Assembly: GCA_030141605.1 (NCBI GenBank)
Contig: JAQGDQ010000008.1
Location: 1,636,707 to 1,700,706, forward strand
Direction of reading: 5' to 3'
DNA from: Tubiluchus corallicola
Taxonomy: Eukaryota; Animalia; Priapulida
Length of the DNA: 64,000 nt
A program made the position numbers and the translations under genes. The notes below the pieces were generated by a model. The model was not told the DNA's origin, did no database searches, and saw only the letters and a program-made list of their open reading frames with translations. This document shows, piece after piece, positions 40,001 to 52,596 of the stretch; position 1 is the first letter of the stretch, and the number at the start of each line of letters is the position of its first letter.

Positions 40001-42525
40001 ACGAAGTTATATGGAAAATTTTTGTGTTTTTACTTGGTCCTGTAGGTATGATACCATAGACCAAAAATGTTTTCAAACCACAATTTTTACTCGTTCTTAA
40101 GAAAGTTGGAAAATCTTTTTGGATTACAGACCTGATCAAGTTATATGCCATCTGACTAGTAATTTTTGCTTTAATTCACAATTCTGTTGCTAGGTACCTG
40201 TGACGACCCTGTCGCTAGGGACTATGCCTGCCTCCTAGTTTCAATGCACGATCAAGGCAGAGTTTACCTAAAACCAGATCATTTTGACCCACAAGGTAAC
40301 AATCCCTATGATGGCGCTGCAGTTTTGGATAACATTAAAGATACCTGTAATGGTTTAGCCGTAAAACGGTCCAGGTATATATTAGTTTTATCGGCTTAGA
40401 TTTGATTTTTTTAAAACTTAAATGGTAGACGAGTTGCTGTAGGTATGCTGCAAACCACTGCAATGTTAATCTTCTGAGTAATCAAGGCGTTGCGTATGAC
40501 AGTTTTGTATTATTTTTATTTGTATTATTTATTACTTTGTATCGTTATTATTTAAACAGTATATTATTTAGTATCTTTAGTCGTAGCAGAGCCGCGATTT
40601 AAAACAATCGATACAATTATCTAACCAGTAAAAATCGTACCCGTCTTCAGGTCTATTCAATGCCATTTTTAAGTAGAAAAATTATTTTAAAGATGTGGGC
40701 AATCATTTTAATGAAATCAGCTTTCTTTAGACCGGTTTTGAATAAACCGATTTGTATACGGCAAACTTGATCTGACGTTTCTATCAACATACTAACACGC
40801 ACCACAAAATGTTTAAAATTATGTGTTTAAACTGATGTTTTTCGTTATTATATTGTTACGAAACGGCATGGTTATTGATTCGCTGTGTCACAGCATAGCT
40901 GTGCAGAAAACGTCAAAATGTGTAAAATAAAGTGAAGATACAGATTATAGTAACTGCAAATAACTCGCTTGAGATCTGATCCATTGTCTTCGTTCTGACT
41001 TTCTTTACGGAACAGGTGCTGAGATGAAATGCGCACCTGTCGGCCCACTGAACAGACGAGGTCATTCGATAGCGACCGTTTTACACCTGGTATTCAGTAC
41101 CACTGTGTAATGGTTTCTTACTGACGAGTATCATCACAATGGAGGTCAAAAATAAATAGCTTTTCGCCCCCATATTAATAAATATTCTTTAGTATTTGTC
41201 CAACACATATTAATACTGGCCGAGAGTTTCAAACTAGGCCATGGAATAGTAGCTTTCTGCTGCAATTTTGCAGTTAGTATAAAACTTTTCTAAACTAGTC
41301 AACAAGTCTAAACGGCGAAATTATAACATCATGTTCTTGAAATAATATTGTCTTATAGGTAAACATGGTCGCTTTTGCTTTATTGATTTTTTTTTCATTG
41401 TTTTTACAATCAGCTATTGCTGTTCCGTTGGGTGTTCGCCTGGTGGACAGGTTTGTCTACAAGGCAAAATGGTGAGAAATCTGTACAACTACGCTTCTAA
41501 CTTCTGGAATTCTTACGGGCAGACTATGCAGGTAAGTACGGTCTTAGTTATGAAGAAAATTATCAAAAGTCTGGTAGTTCATGGTATTCTTAAACTGGCC
41601 ATAAAATTAGCATAAGAAATTCACATAGTTTTAACTGCGGTTAATAGTTCTAGATCTTAGACGAAAGCCTATGGTAGAAAAAATAATTTTTTTGAGACTT
41701 AAGTAGCGTTTACGTAGCATATGGATGCGGATGCGTTTTTGAGGGTGCGGAATAGATGAAATCTGTTTATATTGTTTTCAAAGCACCCATTTATGCAGCT
41801 GCGCATGCGTTGATTTTGATTGATTGATTTTTCTATTGATTGTCTATTGATTTTTTCAGCAGGCTGTTCCGCATGGAAAATGCTTCCGCATCAGCATCCG
41901 AATGCTACATAAACGCCGCTTTAAAATACTTTCTGACTTCTTTTGCTGTTAATATTGTACGATTCACAAGATTTGCCCCGTTTCCTATTTTACTTTCGAG
42001 TAGCAGCAGCTGTTTACTCCTGACATGTCGTGGTATATATACGTAATAGCAGATTCGTCGACGAATGACACGTTTGGTCTGTGTACTAAAACTTGATTTA
42101 TTTATCTGCAAAGCAAAAACAAAAAGAAACAGCCGCCCAGCTTCGAACCAGACGGCAAGATCATATTGCAGTTAACTTCCTTTCTATGTCCAGGTTATAT
42201 AACATGAAATTATTGTTGCAACAACCGTTGCCTTCGTTTCTTTTCGACATTAGTGAAGTCAAAGCAAACAAGAATTTTGATTTTGCTTTTACTGTCTACA
42301 ACAAATTTAACTTTATTCTACTAGGTTAACTCCTTGGCTGGTTCGTGTCACTCGACCACCTCCAAGCACTACCGTGGTACCACATATGACGTAGGCTGCA
42401 CATATCCCATCAACCATTGCAAGGCTCTTGAGAATCATTGTAGGAGTGAAGACCCTGTGGAGCTGTGTTACCCTGGCGGTCCTTGTTCAGGACACGATAC
42501 CTGGGTGCACTGTGCTTTCGCATAA
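37011..42525 (+). CDS. Secreted beta-defensin-module / M15-like Zn peptidase, paralog 2 (264 aa, 6 coding exons)
   Basis: Exons 37011-37056, 39311-39436, 39689-39811, 40194-40374, 41414-41531, 42325-42525; GT-AG, in frame, same sizes and phases as paralog 1. Signal peptide MKLLVAFMLLVAGTQA; motifs SKHYRGTTYD and GHDTWVH. Confidence 0.9.
37240..38945. repeat. ~60-bp minisatellite in intron 1 of paralog 2, split by an LTR insertion
   Basis: Unit aagatatcctaaatttgcccaatgtgaaataaaactcgtccaggtaagaaaatggacagta occurs at about 37240-37395 and resumes at 38760-38945. Confidence 0.9.
37396..38759 (-). mobile_element. Solo LTR (Gypsy-like, 1364 bp) with 4-bp TSD
   Basis: Ends TATCACGA...TCATAGCA (decayed TG...CA inverted termini), flanked by aaat/atat, which duplicates the ATAT of the interrupted minisatellite unit. 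Minus-strand TATA-like (~38240) and AATAAA (~37793); no long ORF. Confidence 0.7.
41702..41920. mobile_element. PIF/Harbinger(Tourist)-like MITE, same family as 56651-57085
   Basis: TIRs AGTAGCGTTTACGTAGCAT...ATGCTACATAAACGCCGCT; internal cggaatagatgaaatctgtttatattgtttt shared with the 56.9-kb copy. Confidence 0.7.
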
Positions 42526-43564
42526 TCAGACACAGTCAAAAACTTTTTGCTAACAGCTTCGTAAATTTGTAGCATAGGTTAACAAGTTACGTGTACACTT
42601 AATTATGTTTTATTTAACGGATGTACATAATATAACCAGCGGTGATGTTACCCTATTGGTCCATGTGCATGACACCTGCGAATATTGTGCCTTTAGACAT
42701 GGAGACCTCGCAAAATTAGTGTTTCTTCTGTTAATTAAATTAAAATAATTTTACAGGGTTATCATTTTTTTGATAAACGAATGTAAATATAGTATAAATC
42801 TAATTATATTTTGCTATCTGCAAATTAAGGTTTCACAGTAGGTGATGAAAAAATTTGTATAGCCACCTGTCTTACATAATTATAGTAATAAATCCAGTAA
42901 TAAGTAATTGATGCTAAACGAAATGAATTTTTGATATTAATAAAACATTTTTTGAGAAACCACATCGGTGTTATGATTTTTGTATAGAGGTAGAGTAATC
43001 TCTACACAGGTTTATGTTAAATCTATAAGTTTATGTAATATGTAATATCCATGCAACAAAATATCAACAATGAAACAACTAAATAAAAATCTCGCGAAAT
43101 CAACTGTTATCATATAAACCTTGTGAAAATAAAAATTAAGGTATTGTAACAACGTGATGTAATGTATGATGTTTTGTAATGTATGTCAACAGTATTTAGA
43201 TTAATCCTGGGAACTCATTAGAAATGTGTGAAAGCTGTGGCAGTACACCAGTGTAAATGCAATAAATTCATGTGTTGAACAAAAAGGCGGTTAGGCTTGT
43301 CTGCACAGTTGACTACTGACCACTGACCAGTGGCATGTTTTGGTAAAATAGGTGCTGATTAGCATAGTGCTTAAATTCAGTGTACGCCATCTTTTGAAGA
43401 TTTTTATCAAAAAATCCCTTGCAGTAGCTGAGTGTTATCGCACAAAGTCTGAGAAAAAGGAAGCTGCTACAGAATAAACTCACCCAACGTGTCAGCTTGT
43501 CATTTTATCTACAGATTGTTTAATGTTCAGTACTCAGTAGCTTTTCTTTGCTTGTTACCAGACA

Positions 43565-43690
43565 GTACAATGTAATGGTATCGCGCCCACTTTCCGTCTA
43601 GGAGGTCGTGAGCTTCCGATCGGGTCATACCAAAGACTCTAAAATAAAAATGGTACCAGCTGTTGTCCTGCCTGGTGCATTGTTTGAGGT
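43565..43690 (+). mobile_element. tRNA-derived SINE fragment with a MetaSINE-like central domain
   Basis: GGTCATACCAAAGACTCTAAAATAAAAATGGTACCAGCTG resembles the conserved central domain of widespread metazoan SINEs (recalled, not searched); preceded by a decayed tRNA-like head. Confidence 0.5.
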
Positions 43691-44238
43691 TAAAAGTTGG
43701 GCAATAACAATTTCTATTATGTAATCGTAAAATCGTTATTTGCCGTCAACAAAAACTTTTTGAGTTGATGTTAATTGTTAGTCCACATACTGATTTTAAA
43801 TAACAATTTATTACTAATTTTAAAAAATTATACACAAATAATATTATAATTGTTGTTGTTGTTGTTACTTATCTTGTAATTATCTTATAGATACCAAAAA
43901 AGGTAATCATTATTGTGAGTCCAAAGTTAACATTATTGCGTGCACTAAATACTGCATGACAGTTCAGTCATAGGCTAGAATATTCTGGAATGTCATGCGG
44001 AGCTATTTAGAAGGTTGTGAACCTAGAACGAGCCGGCAGGCAGAATGGGAGCTACTCTAAAAGTTATCGCCTTTGCATTATTTTTGTTAACGCGTACGGG
44101 AATATTTTGGAATATCATGCAGCTTCTTGAACCGAAATTCTCTTCAACTTAATTCTTTCATATTTCAGCTCGGTTTTTAGTCGTATTTGAGCACGAGCCG
44201 TCTGCTAAAGGTTACATGGACACTGTTTTAGTGTCTTA

Positions 44239-44573
44239 AGCCTACGAAGCTACACCAAACCGTCGAGCGTCTGCCATCTCGCTTCCAGCATCCAGAGTCT
44301 GGTTGCTGGCTTCTTTGCCTCCACAGTCTGGCGTTGACCTCTACGATCTTCGCAGAGAACAAAGTGGACGAGATCAAAGTCATTTTTGCAATGCTCTTTT
44401 CTTTTTAGGTTTATTTGTTCATACAATATCACAGGCCCAGTCATCATTAGTTGATTGAGGAATAGACTCTGAACGTTCGACGCTAAAAATAGGAAAAGCT
44501 GCCAGCCTCAACTGCAAAAATCTTTGGTTTCATCACCCATTGCAGACGCTGGACGCTCGGTGTATCATAGGCT
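44239..44573. mobile_element. PIF/Harbinger-like MITE
   Basis: TIRs tta|AGCCTACGA...TACACCAAACCGTCGAGCGTCTGC and GCAGACGCTGGACGCTCGGTGTATCATAGGCT|taa. Confidence 0.65.
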
Positions 44574-44879
44574 TAAAATATTGCAGCAGAAGTTTAGACT
44601 AATTTTTTGTTCGCATAAATTTACAATTCAATTTTGATAACTAAGCTAGTACATTTCTTTCCAACAAAAAATTTTCTTTTTTGAAAACGTTATGTATTAT
44701 TTTGCATATAATTTCAGTGTCATTTATGTTAAATTTAACAATATAACAGTTACGAGAGCAACAACCTATAATTAACCATTACTTTATTTTTTTACTTATT
44801 TGATTATATGTTCAGATGTTGAAATTTAAGAAATTCTATTACGTGTGTGAATTCAAAAATAAACGTCATCACTCATTAG

Positions 44880-47109
44880 TTAAACCTTTAAACTAGTCAG
44901 ACAAGCCAAAATTTTATCCCAGTACGCTTCGGTGTTGGGATTGTACCATCCGTTTGGTCCGCCATTGTGGATTCGAGAAAATTCGTGGCATGTTGGTGGG
45001 TATCCGATGATATTAATTGTGGCGTATCTGCTCATGTAGCCCTGCACTGTGCGCTCACTGCAGTCAAAAGTTGCTGTGCATGACTTCCAATCTGAAAGAT
45101 TTTGACAATGAAGAAAATTAATCCACACTGGGTGAGATACATTTTCTCAGTAAAAGATAAAATTCATGAGTAACAGCATTCTTCTTTGTTTGTTAGGTCT
45201 TTTTTCTCTCGAATCGACCCGATCATCTTAATCGCAGAGTGTACGCTCTTACTGTACTCCAAGTGCCAAAGACGGTTTGTTTGGAGCTAGTAAATGCATT
45301 GATGCCGAAGTGTTAATGTTATAATTAACAATCAGTTGCTGCATGAGAGGTGCTGCCACGATCTCAAATTTACTAACTGCTCCACTAGATTGCTATTGAA
45401 ACAGAATAACCTACTTCCTGTGTCCAGTTCTCGAGGCCACACATCATTTCACATTACTCTATCAATCTTCTTTTCAACTAGTATTCATTTACCAACTCCA
45501 TTTAAATATGTAAAATACTGAAATACGCAGTTTTGCCCAAGATTAATCATTAATTAGGTTTGTTAATTTTACCTTAAGTAATGAACAAACCTTGATTAAT
45601 GATTAATCTTGGGCAAGACTGTGTATTTCAGTGTTTTGCATATTTTAATAGAGCTTGTAAACGAATACTAATTGAAATGAAGATTAGCTTAAATACCTTA
45701 ATTGCCTTAATTTGAAATAAGGAGACATTGAAATATCTTCTTATTGCAAACGGTATTAAACGTTGTCTTTTATTAATTAAATTAATATATTTACTAAATT
45801 GTTCATTATCTGCTATCAGATTTTAGCACTTAGACAAAATGAAACAGCATAACGTTATTAATGTAAACTATCCTGGAAAACACTACTGACTCAGTGTAAT
45901 TATGTTTTAGTCTTTGATCTTTTAGAAAAATTAACGCGCTCGACCACCTGCTATCTTTTTAATGTTGTAATCGACAGACTGAAGTACCTTTATGGCAGAA
46001 AATCTTGTACCTAGAGACCCTACTTGCACCACGCTACTACGGCCCTCTCTTGGATTAGACCAAAACTAAATAATAAAATAGAATGTAACAAAAACCTAGA
46101 TACAATTTGGGTTTTTGCAACTAAGCGTGAGCAACTTGACTGATCAGATCCAACGTGACTTCCTTCTACATGTACACCAAAAAAGTTCTTGGGCTAAAAG
46201 TCGAAAGCTTGTCAAATCTGAAGGCTACAGATTACCTCCACCCAGTCGCCCACCATCAATCCAGTACGGTTCTTTGATTTGGTAAGGCCCACAAGACTCC
46301 GAGTAAACGTCCCATTTGCAGATGGGCTCAGGCATTACACAATTCGATTCCACGTAGCAAATACAGTACATGCAGTCGTCTGGCACCGGTCCAGGGGCTA
46401 AAAAGCAATAAAAATGGTGCCACTTTAAACAAACGTGAAGCAATTATTTTCGGTACATTAACATATATGTTGCCAAAATATTTCTTTCAGTGCTATACTA
46501 GGCCTAACACAAAGTAATTAAAGTAATTTAAACCACGCAAAATGCAGATGAAATGGAACTTTATTGATGTTGTGAACAATTTTTCGAGACGCTGTCTGAT
46601 TAATAAGTTCCAGTTAGCAACATCAATAAATTTCTATTTTATCTGTATTTTATTTTTGTTTATATTGCTTTTCGTCGTTTTAATGAAGAATGTAATAGCA
46701 CTCAGAACAATTTATTTGTGTGTTTGAACTGTTTACAAACGTAAAATCCTGTCACCGGCCGTGATCAATCGTTATTTAAATTTGAAGACTTGCTAGCTGT
46801 CAAAACAATAGAAGCCTACTAGTTTGTGGCAATGATCTACTAAAATAGATAAAGCACTGAAATTCACTTTTGTAATATAGTTTCTGATTTTTCGGTTGCA
46901 ATTATATTTTATATATTTTAATAGATGTCTCAATACTGGTCATACTTTCAAATTAGATACCGGAAACTGCTAAATATTGAAAAATAAATAATTGTTTGTT
47001 GCAACGTGTCTGATTTCATCAGACATTTAGTTTGTGGTAACTTGAAGTTTTTTCTCTTACCTGCTGAGCACAAAGCTACGAAAGCTAAACACAACACAAC
47101 ATGCAACAT
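44880..47109 (-). CDS. Invertebrate-type (i-type/destabilase) lysozyme, 140 aa, 3 exons
   Basis: Exons 47109-47061, 46397-46236, 45091-44880 join in frame (423 nt). Signal peptide MLHVVLCLAFVALCSA; CMYCICYVES (catalytic Glu), WDVYSESCGPYQIKEPYWID (catalytic Asp), DWKSC, YMSRYA, RIHNGGPNG. Confidence 0.95.
45463..45686. repeat. Hairpin/palindrome (~105-bp arms, ~13-nt loop) in lysozyme intron 2
   Basis: aatcttcttttcaactagtattc...gcccaagattaatcattaattaggtttgtt pairs with aacaaaccttgattaatgattaatcttgggc...gaatactaattgaaatgaagatt. Confidence 0.88.
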
Positions 47110-47250
47110 GACGTAAGATTTTGGTTACAACAAAATTTCTGTGCCGCAAAAGTTCTTCTGGATGTCTTAAAAGCAATTGCCAAAATGATTGATTTGCACT
47201 TCATTTACCAATAACCAAAACTTTGGTCGTGCAAATAAAGCATCAAAACG

Positions 47251-47260
47251 AAAAATCCCC
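47251..47260 (-). promoter_or_regulatory. Candidate NF-kB/Rel site upstream of lysozyme
   Basis: Minus-strand GGGGATTTTT, matching the insect antimicrobial-gene kB motif GGGGATTYYT, about 145 bp upstream of the lysozyme ATG. Confidence 0.3.
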
Positions 47261-50200
47261 AGTCCAAACCTTCGAGAAACCAACAGGTGGCATTTGAGAT
47301 ATTAGATAAAAAACTACATTGATATCATGTTATTGTATCTGATTAAACGAGAATTCACTTACAAAAGAGAGCGGACCCAAGTTAGTTTATTGAAAAACAC
47401 GTGTGACTTAACGTACTCGTTTAACACCTGACAAAAATTCATTTAGATCTAAAATAAGACATCTCATTCAGAAATACATAGTAAACTATTAGCCTGCCTT
47501 AAAGCTTTTTCTCAAATTATTAGAAATTCTAAATCGATACCAAGAGTTGTGAAAATTTAAAAAAAAAACAAAATAATTATCAACGAAGTTTAATAACAAC
47601 AAAGAAATCAAAGCAGATGCTCTTACGTACATCTCAAAACTGATCAAATCCTGAGGAACCATTTTGTTTCATCATAAACATCCCGTAATAATAATAATAA
47701 ATTCATTTAAATTTTATTAGAAAAATTCAACGTTTCTTCATTATTTCTTTTGTCCTGCAAGTAATGTCAAATCCTCTGTTGGGTTTGGTTTCGTTTTGAG
47801 AGTTTTATGAATTTCCAATGGATTTTTTTAGCAGGTGATCAATCATGTTTTTATTACTTTGAAAAGGTTAAATTATACGAATTTTGTTTTCAGAAAATCG
47901 TTGAGTGGCCTAGAAGTAAACATTTTGCTCAGTTAAATAATAATCTTTCACGCCGAAATGGTGAGCTACAACAATTAAAAACATGATTGTTTCCTTTGCT
48001 CCTTGTTTAGAACAGTATAAATCAGCACTTTATGCAGCTAACATTGGGTTGGTTCATAAACATGCTACCAAATTGACTTCAGTCTTGTCACACAGTAATT
48101 CTTATAATTTAAAAAATATAAAATATTATGGTGTTTATTGCTTATTTTAAGGAAACCGATAGAATTTAGAAGTACGAATTAGAGAGCCTACGGAAGACAT
48201 ACGCCAAACAAATGCGAAAGTAAGTTGGCTGTAGACGTAAAGAAATTAACCACAGCTTTGATTATAATACAACTAAAATTTTATATCCAGCAAGAAACAT
48301 CACTAAAAGCCACACAGTTGAATCTGCCTTAACTGTAAAATTCTAATCAAAATCAAGGTTTTGCTCCACGGAACATTTTGATCTCTTAATGTATTACTTC
48401 TTTAATTAATCATTAATGATAGACTGTGTGTCTTTGTTGTTTTTCCTCTGTGATTATGGTTTCCTTGGAATGCTCATAGTTTTATGTTTTTTTCTCAATT
48501 CTTTATTTCCTGATGGCCACTGCTAGTTTACTGTAGTAACGTTAAATTTTCTAATAAAATTTATTATATAGTGGGTTATTTATGAAACAAATATTGTTCT
48601 TGGTATAAAGAATTTAAAACTTCATCAGAGTAGCCATATTTTGGTAAAAATTTGCGGAAGCAACGAAGAAAGTGATGTAAAAAAGTATCTCAACTGGAAA
48701 GCTGCTTTCAATACCTGCTAAAATAATGCAGCTGCAACTCGTTTTACGATCGAGGCGGCATCTATCTGCAACTATTTTTGACCTGCATCGTTCGGTAGTA
48801 CAATGTGACAGCGAAAACGACTGCTTAAAGCTAAAAGACTGTAAGGAAATCTAAGCAGATTTCGCTCCAATCCCAGAGCTGTTTCATTTTTGCACAAGCT
48901 AACAACATTGATGAGTTCTTCAATTTACAAATCTACTAGATATTGCAATAAACACCATGTAGTTTGGACGAGGAATGAAAAATCTTCAGTAGGGAACTCT
49001 GTAAAAATTACTAGAGCAAATTGTGAAGGAATAGAAATGATTGATTTCAGAAGAACTAAAACACAAGATTTTATGTTATAGTTCTGAAAAATTTTTTTGA
49101 GCGGATGGTAATCGCAACTTAAAGTAACGTCTAGAAGTCATACGTCATACGTCACTGTCACGCGATCATCTTTAGTAATACTTCCCACAATTAAGCTCAA
49201 TTACTTTAAAGAATGTAAAAGTAAACTTACAATTTCATGTTTCTAAAAATGTCTGTGCTAATTTCTGTTTTAAAATATTCGAAAAGTTTAATTTTTGCAT
49301 AAAATTTTTCACGGTGTCTATTTTAACATTTACACATTTTAGCATTTACTGCAGCATATAGCGATGTCACCTTTGTGCATTTAGCGGAAGAATTCTGAGA
49401 GAGAAAGAATTATAAGTTGCGCCTCTTGAGAGTCTGTATTAGGCGGGGAGCATCGAGGGTTGTGTAGGGGCTTCTCAAGTTGAGTAGCCTATAGGCCTCT
49501 TCATTTAAATCCGACTCTGACTATTTTGTTTTTTTAAAGACTTTCGCCTGTCCTTATCCTATATGATTATAGGGCACGTTATTGAAAATCACTCAGATTA
49601 CAGTAACTTGAAAATTTTTCACGGCAAATTCCTTCTGCCTCTCTTAAGAAAATTCCTATGTCTATGAGAGCAAGAGTGAAAGTTCCTAGTTAAAGTTATT
49701 AACTTTACCAGACAGAAAACAAAATCCGGTACTTTTCGTTGTTTTCTGCTCGTGCTATGCCAGAAAATAACATTGACTTCATTTTAGGCGGTTATAGTTT
49801 CGTGCTATCTAGATTTGAAACTGAAAAAAATATATAACCTAATGAGCTCATTGTTGTTGTGGGCAAAAGATAGACGTCGTCGGCACATATTAAGCGAGCC
49901 ATGGTTATTTCTGTGTTCTTGTTTAGATTTGCTTAGGTCAGAGTTTACTATACACAGTTAAAAATAATTCTTTGAGACGTCGCCGCCTTGCTTAACCATA
50001 TCAAATTTTGCTGACATGGCGTTATATACACATTGCTTGTATAAATACGTAATATAGGTTTTAGACAGATAAGTTTTAGCCTATTTACAAATAATTAAAA
50101 ATAATGCCTGTTAGATGTCTTTTAGCCGTTCAGTAAACGGCTAAAAGTGAACGAGTAAACAAATATTAAGAAGCATGTTACTTCCACATAATAGACATTA

Positions 50201-50879
50201 ATAAAGGTAAAGTCAACATTTGTCAATACCAAATTTAGGTAGCAATTAAGTTAATTGTAATGAGAGGTATAAAACAAACATTTATCGTAGTATGACTAAA
50301 GAATGCCTTTTATGACTAAGGAATAGCATTTTAAATATTCTGCAGACATTTTCTCTTCCAAAAGATTTGTTAAGCTTGCCAAACTGATGAATAAAAAACT
50401 GAACTATTATAAAACATAAACTAGATGACATTATACGTTAGTGTATCAAATTTATTCTGCATTGTATGCTAACTAAGAGGTAGAAATATTTCATAAAACG
50501 TTCACAAGTTTGTTTTCTAACATTTCATATACATATCGTTATTCTCGGGCAGCCAAGCGTATCAACTGCTACAACTATGCATAAATGATGTCAGTTAATG
50601 GTAGCTCTAAGCACCAAACTGCTGATACAAATCGAAGAAAATATAAATATGGTATTATTTCAGATATTATTTCAGTCTAATGAAGTAAACCAACAAGTTA
50701 TAATGTTTATTAAAATTCCGCAAATCTTTACTAAGCACAAACTTACTCTTACTGAAGACTTAATTTGAATGTGTCAGAGTTTTTGAGTTCGGGCATCAAC
50801 TTGCTCATGTCATGTCAAGGGGATGTTGGTGACATTGGGAGGAACGATCCTCCCTCACAATTCATTCCTATGTACATGT

Positions 50880-51660
<781 letters not shown>

Positions 51661-52596
51661 CCATGCGTAATGTAATTATATTTTTGTTAATTTAGACAAA
51701 ATTTCAATTTGTAAATTGAAAGCATTGTTTCACATTGCAAAATCGCAGTTTCAAACGGCATTTCAATTCAAGAGTCAATTTTCGTGACCAAAGGTTTACG
51801 CGCTGAAACAAGGAAGAGCGTAAGGGAAATCAGTTTAATGCTATGAACCCGAAATTGCTTCTATTATCGTTGGTCCACTCGTAATACCGTCACCGAAATA
51901 CCGTGAAATTGTTTCCAATGAAGAGGGCAAATTTACGAAAAGGGTGTCGGAAGCTACTTACAAAATTAAAAATATATGAAAAAATCAATGATTTCGTTGA
52001 CGTTAGAACAAATTCTACGCCTCTCTGTTTTCCACTTCAACCAGATGCAGTTTTTAGCCTAATTCGCCGTAGGTGGATGGTTCTAATCTAAGTTATGACG
52101 CGTTGCGTCAACTTGCCCCCACCCTCGTTCATCCTGGCATTGACAAATAGGCCCATAACAATTTTGGTAGTGGCGATAACTTCTAAACCCGCTGACGCAT
52201 TACTTAAGACGTGCAAAACTCACAGTCGACATGCTAAAGCACTTTTCCCTGCGTTTGCTAGAAAGAGAAAGCTAATATAAAGACGTAGAAAGCAAAATGC
52301 TGAATTATTATAGTTTCATACTCAAATGACGCTTAATTGTTATGTTTATAGTTAATTATTTTTTACAATTATTAACAATTAACTGTTATAGTGAAATACA
52401 TCAACCAGAACCTTTACTCTACGAAGTTATTAAATTTTGTGTCGTAGGGTGTTGCTATGATATGCCAAGACAGTGTTTTTAATCATTTTATGAACTAATA
52501 ACGTGTCCGAAACGCCCTTTTATTGCCATGGAAAACTGTGTCAAATTTCACTTTGATTAGTGAATTTGTACTGCAGGTGAATTTGTGCCAACCGTA

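Noticed and set aside
32691-42525. Bacterial contamination as the source of the M15-like genes
   Set aside because: Both genes have five spliceosomal introns, contain or neighbour host transposons, and sit among typical metazoan genes.
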